This document shows positions 7,064-15,837 of a DNA stretch of 64,000 bases, piece by piece. The stretch covers positions 25,534-89,533 of the forward strand of contig JBBEBA010000053.1 in assembly GCA_040882575.1 (NCBI GenBank), given 5' to 3'. How positions within the stretch are numbered: position 1 is the first letter of the stretch; each line of letters starts with the position of its first letter. Origin of the DNA: Gemmatimonadota bacterium. GTDB taxonomy: Bacteria; Gemmatimonadota; Gemmatimonadetes; Longimicrobiales; RSA9. The translations under genes were made by a program, and so were the position numbers. The notes below the pieces were generated by a model. That model was not told the origin of the DNA, did not search any database, and saw only the letters and a program-made list of their open reading frames with translations.

Positions 7064-7628
7064 GCCCGTTCAGAATCGACTCGAGTACCTCGGCAGCATA
7101 TTTCTCCGCCGCCTGGTCCGGGTAGAGGCCGCGAATGTGCGAGAGCACCAGGCGCTCGCCATTGGCGCACTCCAGTCCGACATAGGCCGAAGCATAGCGC
7201 TCCCTGGTCCCCGCGTTCGACTCTTCCTCGTGCGGCACGCCCGCGACCTCGAGACGGGCATCGCCGCTCTCGAGTGCGCTGCGGATGCGGCTCCACGTCT
7301 CATCGTACGCGAACGCAGTAGAGGCGAGGATCGTCGGCAGACCGGCGATCAGCAGTGCAACATCGAGCTGCACTTCCTGATCGATCTCCTCGATCTCCGA
7401 CGAGTACACGATTGGGAACGGGCCGGCCTGGAAGACCGGAATTGCCGACGAGTCCATCTCCACTCCAGGAAGGCTCGGCAGTACGGGAGCAACGGCCAGC
7501 CGGCCGTCAGAAAAGAGTACCGCGCTGCGCCGGATAAGATCCTGCAGCCGGCCCGGCAGGCGTGCGAAGCGCGCATCCGCTCTGCGTGCCGCTGGAGTGC
7601 TGCCTCCACGGCCAGAGCACGGGATCAA
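7026..7628 (-). CDS. Hypothetical acidic protein
   Basis: 200-aa ORF directly downstream of the E1 gene on the same strand. Composition is non-shadow-like (IVYSSEIEEIDQEVQLDVALLIAGLPTIL...AEKYAAEVLESILNGLTPDELGVNLDE). The start is uncertain (internal Met MDSSAIPV). The 3' end overlaps the convergent DHH gene by 38 nt. Confidence 0.55.
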   Translation of the reverse strand: MIPCSGRGGSTPAARRADARFARLPGRLQDLIRRSAVLFSDGRLAVAPVLPSLPGVEMDSSAIPVFQAGPFPIVYSSEIEEIDQEVQLDVALLIAGLPTILASTAFAYDETWSRIRSALESGDARLEVAGVPHEEESNAGTRERYASAYVGLECANGERLVLSHIRGLYPDQAAEKYAAEVLESILNGLTPDELGVNLDE

Positions 7629-7673
7629 CGCGCGGAAACGGCGTGAGGCGGGTGGCGCCGTCGCGCGCGCGAG

Positions 7674-9818
7674 TCAGTATGCGGCGAGCTCGTCGATGGC
7701 CGCGACGATGTCGTGGGTCTGCGGCAGGATCACGTCTTCGAGCTGCGGTGCATATGCCACCCAGGTGTCCATGGATGCGACGCGACGGACGGGCCCGTCG
7801 AGGTGCTCGAAGAGGTCGCTCGCGATGCGTGCCACGATCTCGGAGCCGATGCCCCACGACAGTGAGTCTTCGTGCGCGACGATGACCTTGCCCGTCTTGC
7901 GCACGGATGCGGCGATGGTGTCCATGTCGAGCGGGTTGAGCGAGCGGAGGTCGATCACCTCGACACTGATGCCGCGTTCCCCCGCGATGCGTGCTGCATC
8001 GAGCGAGCGCTTCACGACGGCGCCGCAGGTGATCACCGACAGGTCCGTGCCCTCCCGCACCACGGTCGCGCTGCCGAACGGGATCATGAAGTCGGGGCCC
8101 GGGTTCCGCCCCTTGTTGTAGACCTGCCGGTATAGATGCTTGTGCTCGAGGAAAATCACCGGATCCTCCGAGCGTATTGCGGTGCGGAGCAGGCCGTTCG
8201 CATCGAGCGCCGTGGCTGGCAGCACGACGCGCAGACCGGGCGTGTGGGTGAACAGCGTCTCGCCCGTCTGCGAGTGATAGATCGCGCCGCCCTTGAGGTA
8301 GCCGCCGTACGCGACGCGGATAACCACCGGGCACCACCAGTTGCCGCCGGAGCGGTAGCGCATGGTCGCGAGCTCGTCGCGGATCTGCATCATCGCCGGC
8401 CAGATGTAGTCGAAGAACTGGATCTCGACGACCGGCTTCAGGCCGCGTACGGCCATACCGATGGCGCGCCCGACTATGTTCGCCTCGGCGAGCGGCGTGT
8501 TGAACACGCGGTTCGAGCCAAATTTCCGCTGCAGGCCCCAGGTGCATTTGAAGACGCCGCCCTTGCCCTTCACTTCCTCGAGGGACGCTTCGCGGCTGCA
8601 GTCGGCGACGTCCTGGCCGAATACGACGATGCGCGGATCGCGCTGCATCTCGTCGCGAATGGCGACATTGATGAGATCGACCATGGTCGTCTCACCGCCC
8701 GCGAACTGCGGATCATCCTCCGTGTCGAAATCCGAAGACGTTGGATCGACGTTCGGCGAGAACAGGTGGTCGAGCGCAGTTTCGGGCGCCGGCTGCGGCA
8801 TTGCGATCGCGCGATCCGATGCGCCACGAACGTCCTCATCGACCTGCTTCTCGAGCGCGTCGAGCTCGGCCGCGGTCGCAATGCCCAGCTCGATGAGATC
8901 CCGTCGCGCGACGACGATCGGGTCCTGCTCCGCGTCCAGGCTGCGCTCCGACTCCGGGCGGTACAGCCGCTCGTCATCCGACATCGAGTGCGAGTACGGC
9001 CGCACCACGTGCGCGTGCAGCAGGGCAGGACCTTTCCGCTCGCGCGCGTACGCGACAGCGCGGCCGCAGGCTTCCCAGCTCTCGGTCAGACGCGTACCGT
9101 CGAACTCCTCGATGTACAGGTCCGGGAAGCCGGTGAGCAGTGCGCTGATGTTCCCGCCAGCCGTGCCCACCTCGACCGGCACCGAGATCGCATAGCCGTT
9201 GTCCTGGATCAGGAACACGACAGGCAGCTTCAGGTTCGTCGCCGTATTGAGCGCTTCCCAGAACTCGCCCTCCGATGTCTGGCCCTCGCCCGACGTGCAC
9301 AGCACGACCTCGTCCCTGGCGAATCCGGCGATGGCCGCGCTCATCGCTTCATCGCGCCCCGCACGCATGCCGGACTCCGCGCAGCCGACCGCCTGCAGGT
9401 ACTGCGTGCCGGTCGGCGATGACGTCGATGCGATGCGCAGCTCGCGGCTGCTCCAGTGTGACGGCATCTGACGCCCGCCACTCGCCGGATCCGCTGCGGC
9501 GCCGACCGCCTGCAGCAGCTGGTCGTACGGCGTTACGCCCAGCGCCTGGCTGAGTGCACGATCACGGTAGTAGAGGTAGAACCAGTCGGAGCCCGGACGC
9601 AGGTGTGCCGCCACTGCGACCTGCACTGCCTCATGGCCGGCGCCCGAGATCTGGAAGAAGATCCGGTTCTGTCGCTTGAGCAGGATCTCCTGATCGTCCG
9701 TCCGACGCGCCGCGACCATGGTGCGGTACATCGCGATGAGGCGGTCGCCGCTCAACACGCCGCGCCCCATCGTTCCGACGCTCTTCCGAGCGGCCTCCTT
9801 CTTCGTCTTTGCAGGCAT
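7674..9818 (-). CDS. 2-oxoacid dehydrogenase E1 component, fused alpha/beta subunits (TPP-dependent)
   Basis: 714-aa ORF. The N-terminal half is E1-alpha-like ([26 protein letters not shown]...[17 protein letters not shown]). The C-terminal half is E1-beta/transketolase-like ([36 protein letters not shown]...). Confidence 0.9.
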   Translation of the reverse strand: MPAKTKKEAARKSVGTMGRGVLSGDRLIAMYRTMVAARRTDDQEILLKRQNRIFFQISGAGHEAVQVAVAAHLRPGSDWFYLYYRDRALSQALGVTPYDQLLQAVGAAADPASGGRQMPSHWSSRELRIASTSSPTGTQYLQAVGCAESGMRAGRDEAMSAAIAGFARDEVVLCTSGEGQTSEGEFWEALNTATNLKLPVVFLIQDNGYAISVPVEVGTAGGNISALLTGFPDLYIEEFDGTRLTESWEACGRAVAYARERKGPALLHAHVVRPYSHSMSDDERLYRPESERSLDAEQDPIVVARRDLIELGIATAAELDALEKQVDEDVRGASDRAIAMPQPAPETALDHLFSPNVDPTSSDFDTEDDPQFAGGETTMVDLINVAIRDEMQRDPRIVVFGQDVADCSREASLEEVKGKGGVFKCTWGLQRKFGSNRVFNTPLAEANIVGRAIGMAVRGLKPVVEIQFFDYIWPAMMQIRDELATMRYRSGGNWWCPVVIRVAYGGYLKGGAIYHSQTGETLFTHTPGLRVVLPATALDANGLLRTAIRSEDPVIFLEHKHLYRQVYNKGRNPGPDFMIPFGSATVVREGTDLSVITCGAVVKRSLDAARIAGERGISVEVIDLRSLNPLDMDTIAASVRKTGKVIVAHEDSLSWGIGSEIVARIASDLFEHLDGPVRRVASMDTWVAYAPQLEDVILPQTHDIVAAIDELAAY

Positions 9819-9880
9819 GGCTGCAATTTACCCATGGGCCGGAAGGCCGGCCACCCCTGCGCACGGGCGTGGCCGTTTAC

Positions 9881-10183
9881 ATGCGTCCCGGGCAGGCACT
9901 ATCTTGCCGCGTGCGCAGCGCCCATCTCATTCGCCGTTTTGCCGGACTCGCATTGCGAAACCCGCGCCTGCTGTTACCGCTGCTGGGGGCGGCCTGGCGG
10001 TTCCGTGGACGCGGCTGGTACAGGCGCGCGCCATTTCTGCCGCTGCCGCCGCCTGACTACATCGCCTGGCGGTTGCATACAGCCTACGGTGATGAGCATG
10101 CCGTGCCGCCGCCGTCGCATCTGGCGCGGTACCTCGAATGGACGAAGTCGCAGGAGAAAGGCCGGGGAGGGCAGCAGGGATGA
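9881..10183 (+). CDS. Small conserved-looking hypothetical protein
   Basis: Its frame is shared with ORF 9809..10183. The plausible part is RSAHLIRRFAGLALRNPRLLLPLLGAAWRFRGRGWYRRAPFLPLPPPDYIAWRLHTAYGDEH. The start is uncertain (ATG 9881 or GTG 9911). The stop overlaps the next start (ATGA). Confidence 0.45.
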   Translation: MRPGQALSCRVRSAHLIRRFAGLALRNPRLLLPLLGAAWRFRGRGWYRRAPFLPLPPPDYIAWRLHTAYGDEHAVPPPSHLARYLEWTKSQEKGRGGQQG

Positions 10184-10581
10184 ACAGGATCGTCGCCATC
10201 ATTCTGGTCGTCGCGATCATCTTCGCGGTGCCACCGCTGCGGGCTCGAGGGGCCGTCCTGATGGAGCCGGTGATCGAGCGGCTCGGGCCTGTCGGCGACG
10301 CGATCGCCAATCCCATCAGGCGATACTCTGCGAACAACAAGGTCAAGCACGTGCTGAACGTGATCGACAACGACCGGGAGCTCGGCCGCAGACCGCCGCC
10401 GAAGGACCCGGAAGCGTTCAATCCATGGATGCGGCGCCGGGTACCGGAAGACACCGGTCTCGATCCCTGGGGCAACCAATACTGGATGCAGTATGGCGAT
10501 CGCACGGTCACCATCGGGTCGAACGGCCCGGACGGCGTGCGCGGCACGGAGGATGACGTAGCGGAAACCGCGCCGCACTGA
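10180..10581 (+). CDS. Membrane-anchored protein with a GspG-like (type II secretion pseudopilin) C-terminal domain
   Basis: GGAGGG lies upstream of the ATG at 10180. The N-terminal helix is MNRIVAIILVVAIIFAVPP. The C-terminal DPWGNQYWMQYGDRTVTIGSNGPDGVRGTEDDV resembles the GspG globular domain. No prepilin G/FTLIE cleavage motif is visible. Confidence 0.55.
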   Translation: MNRIVAIILVVAIIFAVPPLRARGAVLMEPVIERLGPVGDAIANPIRRYSANNKVKHVLNVIDNDRELGRRPPPKDPEAFNPWMRRRVPEDTGLDPWGNQYWMQYGDRTVTIGSNGPDGVRGTEDDVAETAPH

Positions 10582-10583
10582 AC

Positions 10584-11795
10584 GTGGAATCTCTCCTCCA
10601 GGACATCATCGAGCTCCTGATCCGTTTGGGGCCGTGGGTAGTCCTGCTCGTCACGGCGACCGAAACGGCCTTCTTCATCGGCCTGCTGATCCCGGCTGAA
10701 GCGACAGTGCTCGTCGCGGCCTTCATGGCGCAGGCCGGCTACTTCAGCGTGGTGCACGTGCTGCTGGCGACGATTCTCGGTGGCCTGCTGGGCGACCAGA
10801 TCGGGTATGTCCTGGGGCGGACGGGGGGGCGGCGCGCCGCAGCGAGCGCGGGTCGGCTGGGTCGGCTGTGGCGGCAGCACGAGGCGCGCGCCCTCGTGCT
10901 GTTCCGCCAGCGCTCCATCCTCGCCGTGTCGGCCGCCCGATTCATCTCCTTCGTCCGCACGCTCATGCCGTGGTTCGCCGGCATGAGCCGCATGTCCTAC
11001 GGCCGCTTCCTGCTCTACGACGCCATCGGCGTGATCGGCTGGGGCACGGCCTCCGTTGGAGCCGGTTATCTCGCCGGCCGCAGCTGGCACGTCATGGCGA
11101 GTGCACTCGGCACGGCGAGCACCCTCATCATCCTCGCGCTGCTCGGCACCATCGGTCTCATGACGATCCGCAGTCGGCGCCGCATGCGGTCGCTGCTGCG
11201 CGTCGCACTGACCGGCAACATCGCGAGCGGCAAGTCGGCCGTGGCGGAAGTGTGGCAGTCGCTCGGCGCTGACATCATCGATGCCGACGATCTCGCGCGC
11301 CGCGTCGTGGAGCCCGGCACGGATGCCCTGCGCGCCGTCGTCGCGCACTTCGGGGACGGCGTGCTGCACGCGGACGGCTCGCTGGATCGTGCAGCGCTGC
11401 GCGCGATCGTGTTCGGCGATGACGACCGGAGGCTCGCGCTCGAGGCCATGCTGCATCCCGAGATCGAGCGGCTGCGCCTGCGGGAGGAGCGTGGAGCCGC
11501 GGCTCGCGGCGAGCACATCGTGGTGCATTCCATCCCGCTGCTGTTCGAGACGGGGCTCGATGACGGCTTCGACGTCATCGTCCTGGTCGATGCGCCGGAT
11601 GCGGTGCGCCGTGATCGGCTCGTGATGTTGCGAGGCATCGATCCGGACGAGGCCGACCGCATGATGGCAGCCCAGCTGCCGGCGTCAACCAAGCGCTTGC
11701 GGGCGCACTACGTGATCGAGAACGACGCGGGGCTGGACGAGCTCACGGCGCGCGCCGGCGAAGTATGGATGGAGATCCGTGCCCGCAATGAATGA
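10584..11795 (+). CDS. coaE: Fusion protein: DedA-family membrane domain plus dephospho-CoA kinase
   Basis: 403-aa ORF with a GTG start. The first ~200 aa are DedA-like multi-TM (VLLVTATETAFFIGLLIPAEATVLVAAF...). The C-terminal half is CoaE-like, with P-loop VALTGNIASGKSAV and ...HPEIERLRL...VHSIPLLFE.... Confidence 0.8.
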   Translation: MESLLQDIIELLIRLGPWVVLLVTATETAFFIGLLIPAEATVLVAAFMAQAGYFSVVHVLLATILGGLLGDQIGYVLGRTGGRRAAASAGRLGRLWRQHEARALVLFRQRSILAVSAARFISFVRTLMPWFAGMSRMSYGRFLLYDAIGVIGWGTASVGAGYLAGRSWHVMASALGTASTLIILALLGTIGLMTIRSRRRMRSLLRVALTGNIASGKSAVAEVWQSLGADIIDADDLARRVVEPGTDALRAVVAHFGDGVLHADGSLDRAALRAIVFGDDDRRLALEAMLHPEIERLRLREERGAAARGEHIVVHSIPLLFETGLDDGFDVIVLVDAPDAVRRDRLVMLRGIDPDEADRMMAAQLPASTKRLRAHYVIENDAGLDELTARAGEVWMEIRARNE

Positions 11796-12465
11796 CGCCG
11801 GCACCCTGCACGTGGACATGCACGTGCACACGCGCGGCTCGTTCGACTGTCTGAGCGACCCGCACGCGGTGATCGCGCGTGCAGTGGCCTGTGGCCTCGA
11901 CCGCGTGTGCATCACGGACCACAATGCCATAGATACGGCTGTCGCCCTGAAGGATGCGTACCCGGGCCGCGTGATCGTCGGTGAAGAAGTCAAGACCGCC
12001 GAGCGCATCGACATCATCGGGCTTTTCCTGAGCGACCTGATCCCCGGCGGCACGCCCGCGCGCGAGACCTGTCTCCGCATCCGCGAGCAGGGCGGCCTCG
12101 TCTATGTGCCGCATCCGTTCGCCGCGGGCAAGGGCGGCGCGGGGGTGCTCGACGCCATCGAGGACCTCGTGGACGCGTTCGAGGGTTTCAACGCACGCAT
12201 CCATGACAGTGCCCTGAACGATCGCGCTGTCGCGTGGGCGAACGCGCGCAGCGTGCCGATCGGCGCAGGTTCCGACGCACATACGCTGCGCGAGATCGGC
12301 CGCGGTCGTGTCGTCGTGCCACATTTCGGGGCCGGTCCGGCGGCGTTCCTGGCCGCCCTCGCCGCAGGACACATAGAAGGACGCATGTCGCCGCACGCGG
12401 TGCACCTCGCGTCCACCTGGGCCAAAGTACGGAAGCAGCTGCCCGGCGGCCGCTTCGAAAGGTGA
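11788..12465 (+). CDS. PHP-domain metal-dependent phosphoesterase
   Basis: LHVDMHVHTRGSFDC...ITDHNAID...VYVPHPF...GSDAH motifs are present. The start is ATG 11788 (or GTG 11779) and overlaps the coaE end. Confidence 0.8.
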   Translation: MNDAGTLHVDMHVHTRGSFDCLSDPHAVIARAVACGLDRVCITDHNAIDTAVALKDAYPGRVIVGEEVKTAERIDIIGLFLSDLIPGGTPARETCLRIREQGGLVYVPHPFAAGKGGAGVLDAIEDLVDAFEGFNARIHDSALNDRAVAWANARSVPIGAGSDAHTLREIGRGRVVVPHFGAGPAAFLAALAAGHIEGRMSPHAVHLASTWAKVRKQLPGGRFER

Positions 12466-13520
12466 TGGATATGAGTGCAGACATAGAAGTGCCCCCGAAG
12501 CGGCAGGCAGCACTGCACAGCGTCGTTCGGACGCTGCTCGCCGCAGACAGAATCGTTCTCACGACGCATGTGAATGCCGACGGCGACGGCGCGGGCTCGG
12601 AGGCCGCCATCGCCCACTGGCTGCGCGGCCTCGGCCGCACCGTGCACATCGTGAATCCGACGGCGTTCCCGGACCTGTTCCGCTACCTGATCGATGACGA
12701 TTCGATTGTGCTCGACGCGGGAACCGTCGCGGCCGACCGCGCCCTCGCCGACGCGGATCTGCTGGTCGTCGTCGATACGGCGGAGGCCAAGCGCATCGGC
12801 CGCGTCGCGCGCGCTGCCGAAACCATGCAGCTCGCGATCATCGATCATCATGTCGAGGGCGACGTATCGCTCCGGGGCGTCACCGTTCAGGACGTCACCG
12901 CGTGCGCGACCGCCGAGCTCGTCTACGATCTGCTCGTCTCCGCAGGGCTGCCGCGGCCGTGGCCGCAGCCCGTGCTCGAAGCGATCTATACGGGCATCAC
13001 CACCGACACCGGCTCGTTCAGGTTCGCGAACACGACGCGCCGCACGCACGAGCTCGCCGGCGATCTCATCGAGCAGGGCGTCAATCCCGAGCTCATGTAC
13101 CGCCGCATCTACGCGACCGTCCCGCTCCACCGCGTTCAGCTGCTGCGTCACGCGCTGGAGCACCTCGAGGTCGACCCCGACTACCCGATCACGAGCATCA
13201 CCATCGAACGCGGCATCATGGAAGCGCTCGGCGCAGGATCCGACGACCTCGAGGGCGTCGTCGAACACGCGCGCGCCGTCGAGGGCACCGAAGTCGCCAT
13301 CCTCTTCCGCGAGACCGCCGACGGCTCCACCAAGATCTCGCTCCGCTCCGCCGGCGACATCGATGTCAACACCATCGCCCGCCAGTTCGGCGGCGGCGGT
13401 CACGTCAAGGCGTCCGGTGCGCTCATTGCCGGTCCGTTCCGCGAGGCGCGCGAGCGCGTCCTCACAGCCACCCGCAGCGCGCTCGGCACGGACTTCCGCC
13501 GCACGCGCGGCGCGTCGTAA
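12465..13520 (+). CDS. nrnA: Bifunctional oligoribonuclease/pAp phosphatase NrnA (DHH/DHHA1)
   Basis: The in-frame ATG at 12465 overlaps the upstream stop (TGATG). Motifs are THVNADGDGAGS, IIDHH, TDTGSFRF and FGGGGHVKASG. Confidence 0.85.
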   Translation: MDMSADIEVPPKRQAALHSVVRTLLAADRIVLTTHVNADGDGAGSEAAIAHWLRGLGRTVHIVNPTAFPDLFRYLIDDDSIVLDAGTVAADRALADADLLVVVDTAEAKRIGRVARAAETMQLAIIDHHVEGDVSLRGVTVQDVTACATAELVYDLLVSAGLPRPWPQPVLEAIYTGITTDTGSFRFANTTRRTHELAGDLIEQGVNPELMYRRIYATVPLHRVQLLRHALEHLEVDPDYPITSITIERGIMEALGAGSDDLEGVVEHARAVEGTEVAILFRETADGSTKISLRSAGDIDVNTIARQFGGGGHVKASGALIAGPFREARERVLTATRSALGTDFRRTRGAS

Positions 13521-13561
13521 CTTCTGTTCCCCGTTTCGCCATTGCAGATCGGATTCACGCC

Positions 13562-14044
13562 ATGAGCTCCACACAATGGGCAAACATCGGCGACGACGCT
13601 GGCGCCCTGCATGCGCTCGTCGCACGCGTGCTCGAACAGGTGCCGCTCGACCTCATCGACTACCTCTGGATCTTTCCTTCGCGCAAAATCGCCATCGGCG
13701 AGAGCATCGTCGTCGTCATTGGCGCATTTGACGACGATGAGCTCCGTCGCCGCGTGCTCACCGCCCACTTCACGGTCGCTCGCAACAGAAAGGGCGCCGC
13801 ACAGGTCAACGTCCGCTTCGACGAGCACGGCTCGGCTCCCGCCGCCGCTGTGCCCCGCATCGTGAGCGGTGTGCTGCGCAGGATGGGCGAAGACGCCGAC
13901 GCGGAGCCCCGCGAGGAGTCCATCGGAGGAGATCGCGAGCGATGGAACGCGGTGATCCTGGCGCTGGGCGGCCCGGCGGGCGCCGCAGCGGGCGATGGAG
14001 CGGCCGATGGAGCGGCCGATGGGGCGGGCGGTGGGCACGTGTGA
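13562..14044 (+). CDS. Hypothetical protein
   Basis: 160 aa from the ATG at 13562, within ORF 12902..14044: MSSTQWANIGDDAGALHALVARVLEQVPLDLIDYLWIFPSRKIAIGESIVVVIGAFDDDELRRR.... The C-terminal GDGAADGAADGAGGG comes from a 12-nt tandem repeat. I recognise no family. Confidence 0.5.
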   Translation: MSSTQWANIGDDAGALHALVARVLEQVPLDLIDYLWIFPSRKIAIGESIVVVIGAFDDDELRRRVLTAHFTVARNRKGAAQVNVRFDEHGSAPAAAVPRIVSGVLRRMGEDADAEPREESIGGDRERWNAVILALGGPAGAAAGDGAADGAADGAGGGHV

Positions 14045-14075
14045 GGGTGGGCTTGTTCAGGCGGTGCTCGCGGGC

Positions 14076-14097
14076 TATCAATAATCATTGTTGATTG
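14076..14097 (+). promoter_or_regulatory. Fur-box-like imperfect palindrome upstream of fur
   Basis: TATCAATAATCATTGTTGATTG. The core ATCAATAAT-C-ATTGTTGAT is a 19-bp imperfect palindrome containing AATAATCATT, as in the classical GATAATGATAATCATTATC Fur box. It ends ~22 nt before the fur ATG. Confidence 0.55.
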
Positions 14098-14118
14098 TGA
14101 CCCACTGGAGGCAGGCAC

Positions 14119-14598
14119 ATGAGCTTTGTACATCTGTTCCGCCGTTACCTGAGGGAGCAGGGGCTGTCGGTGACGCAGCAGCGGGAGGCGGTCGCCGAGG
14201 TGGTGTTCACGTCATCGCAGCACCTGTCGGTGGAGGAAATCGAGCAGCAGCTGCGGCAGGGAGGGGAGCGCATCGGGAAGGCGACGGTGTACCGGACGCT
14301 GGAGATGCTGGTAAAGAGCGGGCTGGTGCAGGAGCACGACTTCGGCGAGGGGTTCAAGCGGTACGAGCACCTGTTCGGTCAGAAGCCGATGCGGGAGCAT
14401 CTGATCTGCACGGAATGCGGCAAGGTAGCGGACATTCACAGTGCAGACCTGGTGCGGGTGCAGGAGGACGCTGCGCGGAAGCAGGGGTTCCTGCCGTCGC
14501 GGTACCGTCTGCAGATATACGGGCTCTGCGCCGGCTGCCAGGCCGCTGGTGCGGAGCTGAGGTGGGAAGGGCTATCGTGTCCGATCGAGAGCATCTAG
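14119..14598 (+). CDS. fur: Fur-family transcriptional regulator
   Basis: 159 aa: QQREAVAEVVFTSSQHLSVEEI...KATVYRTLEMLVKSGLV...HLICTECGKV...GLCAGC. This is a winged helix plus two CxxC pairs. Confidence 0.9.
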   Translation: MSFVHLFRRYLREQGLSVTQQREAVAEVVFTSSQHLSVEEIEQQLRQGGERIGKATVYRTLEMLVKSGLVQEHDFGEGFKRYEHLFGQKPMREHLICTECGKVADIHSADLVRVQEDAARKQGFLPSRYRLQIYGLCAGCQAAGAELRWEGLSCPIESI

Positions 14599-14602
14599 AC
14601 GG

Positions 14603-14693
14603 GGGGCGAAATACTGGGGCGAAATACTGGGGCGAGATACTGAGCCGAAATACCGGGGCGAAATACCGGGGCGAAATACCGGGGCGACACACC
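14603..14693. repeat. Tandem array, 13-nt unit GGGGCGAAATACY x7
   Basis: Read directly: ggggcgaaatact x2, ggggcgagatact, gagccgaaatacc, ggggcgaaatacc x2, ggggcgacacacc. It starts 5 nt after the fur stop. Confidence 0.9.
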
Positions 14694-14719
14694 GGGGAGG
14701 GGAAAGGGAGCCGTTTTGG

Positions 14720-14864
14720 CCGTTCACCCGCTTCACTCGCCTGCTTCAATCGCCCGGTTCATTCGCCTGCTTCACCAGCCCGGTTCACTCGCCTGCATCA
14801 TTCGCCCCCTTGTTTCGCCCCTTTATTCGCTCCTTTATTCGCCCCTTTATTCGCCCCTTCACTG
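14720..14864. repeat. Tandem array of ~11 units of 12-13 nt (YTTCAYTCGCCYG ... TTTATTCGCCCC), inverted relative to 14603-14693
   Basis: Read directly. The last units, tttattcgcccc, are the reverse complement of ggggcgaataaa, close to the left-arm unit ggggcgaaata. The array ends 14 nt before the agmatinase ATG. Confidence 0.85.
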
Positions 14865-14877
14865 TCGTACGGAGACC

Positions 14878-15804
14878 ATGTCAATACCGATGTCGCTGAA
14901 GGCGGCGGCCTGGGAGCTGCCGCACAATTTCCTCGGACTGGATGAAGCCGGCGGCGCGTTCGACCGTGCGGGAGCGGTGATCCTGCCGGTGCCGTACGAA
15001 GCGACGACGAGCTTCGGCGGCGGCACGGGCGGCGGGCCGCGGGCGATCATCGAGGCGTCGCGCTACATCGAGCTGTACGATCAGGAGCTGGATTCGGAGC
15101 CGTCCGGGATCGGCATTGCGACGCTGCCGTCGCTGGCGCTGACGGGCGCGGGTCCGCAGCAGGCGCTGACCGAGCTGCGGACGGCGTATGACGCATTGCT
15201 CGAGGCGGCGCCGGACAAGTTCATCGTGCTGCTTGGAGGAGAGCACTCGGTGTCGAGCGCGCCGATTCTCGCGTGGGCGGACCGGCTCGATCGAGAAGGG
15301 CGGCGGCTGAGTGTGCTGCAGGTGGACGCGCACACGGATCTGCGGCCCGAGTACGAGGGCTCTCCGTACTCGCACGCATCGGTGATGGCACGCGTGCAGG
15401 ATCGCGTCGAGATCGCTGCGGTCGGGATCCGCGCGCTGACGAGCGAAGAGATGCGGCTGGTGCGGCGGTCGGAGAACATCCACCTGTTCCTGGCGGATGA
15501 CATTCACGCGGGTGACGCATGGATCGACGACGTGCTGTCGCGGCTGGGCGAGGATGTGTACATCACGTTCGATGTCGATGGATTCGATCCTTCGCTGGTG
15601 CCGTCCACGGGCACGCCCGAGCCGGGCGGGCTGCAGTGGTATCCGGTGCTGAAACTGCTGCGGCGCGTGTTCACGGAGCGAAAGGTCCATGCAGTCGACG
15701 TCGTCGAGCTCGCGCCGATCCCGGGCCTGTCGGCGCCTGACTTCCTGGTGGCGAAGCTCATCTACAAGATGATCGGCTACCGCTTCCTGCAGCCGCGGGG
15801 CTGA
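14878..15804 (+). CDS. speB: Agmatinase / arginase-family ureohydrolase
   Basis: Starts at the ATG at 14878 within ORF 14716..15804. Mn-binding motifs are LGGEHSVS, QVDAHTDLR, TFDVDGFDP and VDVVEL. Confidence 0.8.
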   Translation: MSIPMSLKAAAWELPHNFLGLDEAGGAFDRAGAVILPVPYEATTSFGGGTGGGPRAIIEASRYIELYDQELDSEPSGIGIATLPSLALTGAGPQQALTELRTAYDALLEAAPDKFIVLLGGEHSVSSAPILAWADRLDREGRRLSVLQVDAHTDLRPEYEGSPYSHASVMARVQDRVEIAAVGIRALTSEEMRLVRRSENIHLFLADDIHAGDAWIDDVLSRLGEDVYITFDVDGFDPSLVPSTGTPEPGGLQWYPVLKLLRRVFTERKVHAVDVVELAPIPGLSAPDFLVAKLIYKMIGYRFLQPRG

Positions 15805-15816
15805 GCCGCGCGCACG

Positions 15817-15834
15817 CCGGGCGGCGCCGCCCGG
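15817..15834. terminator. GC-rich perfect palindrome between convergent genes (possible bidirectional terminator)
   Basis: CCGGGCGGCGCCGCCCGG lies between the speB stop (15804) and the stop of the minus-strand gene (15838). There is no clear U-tract. Confidence 0.35.
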
Positions 15835-15837
15835 TCG

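Noticed and set aside
14603-14864. Interpreting the 13-nt, heptamer and other arrays as CRISPR loci
   Set aside because: The units are contiguous with no unique spacers, are far shorter than CRISPR repeats, and no cas genes are present.
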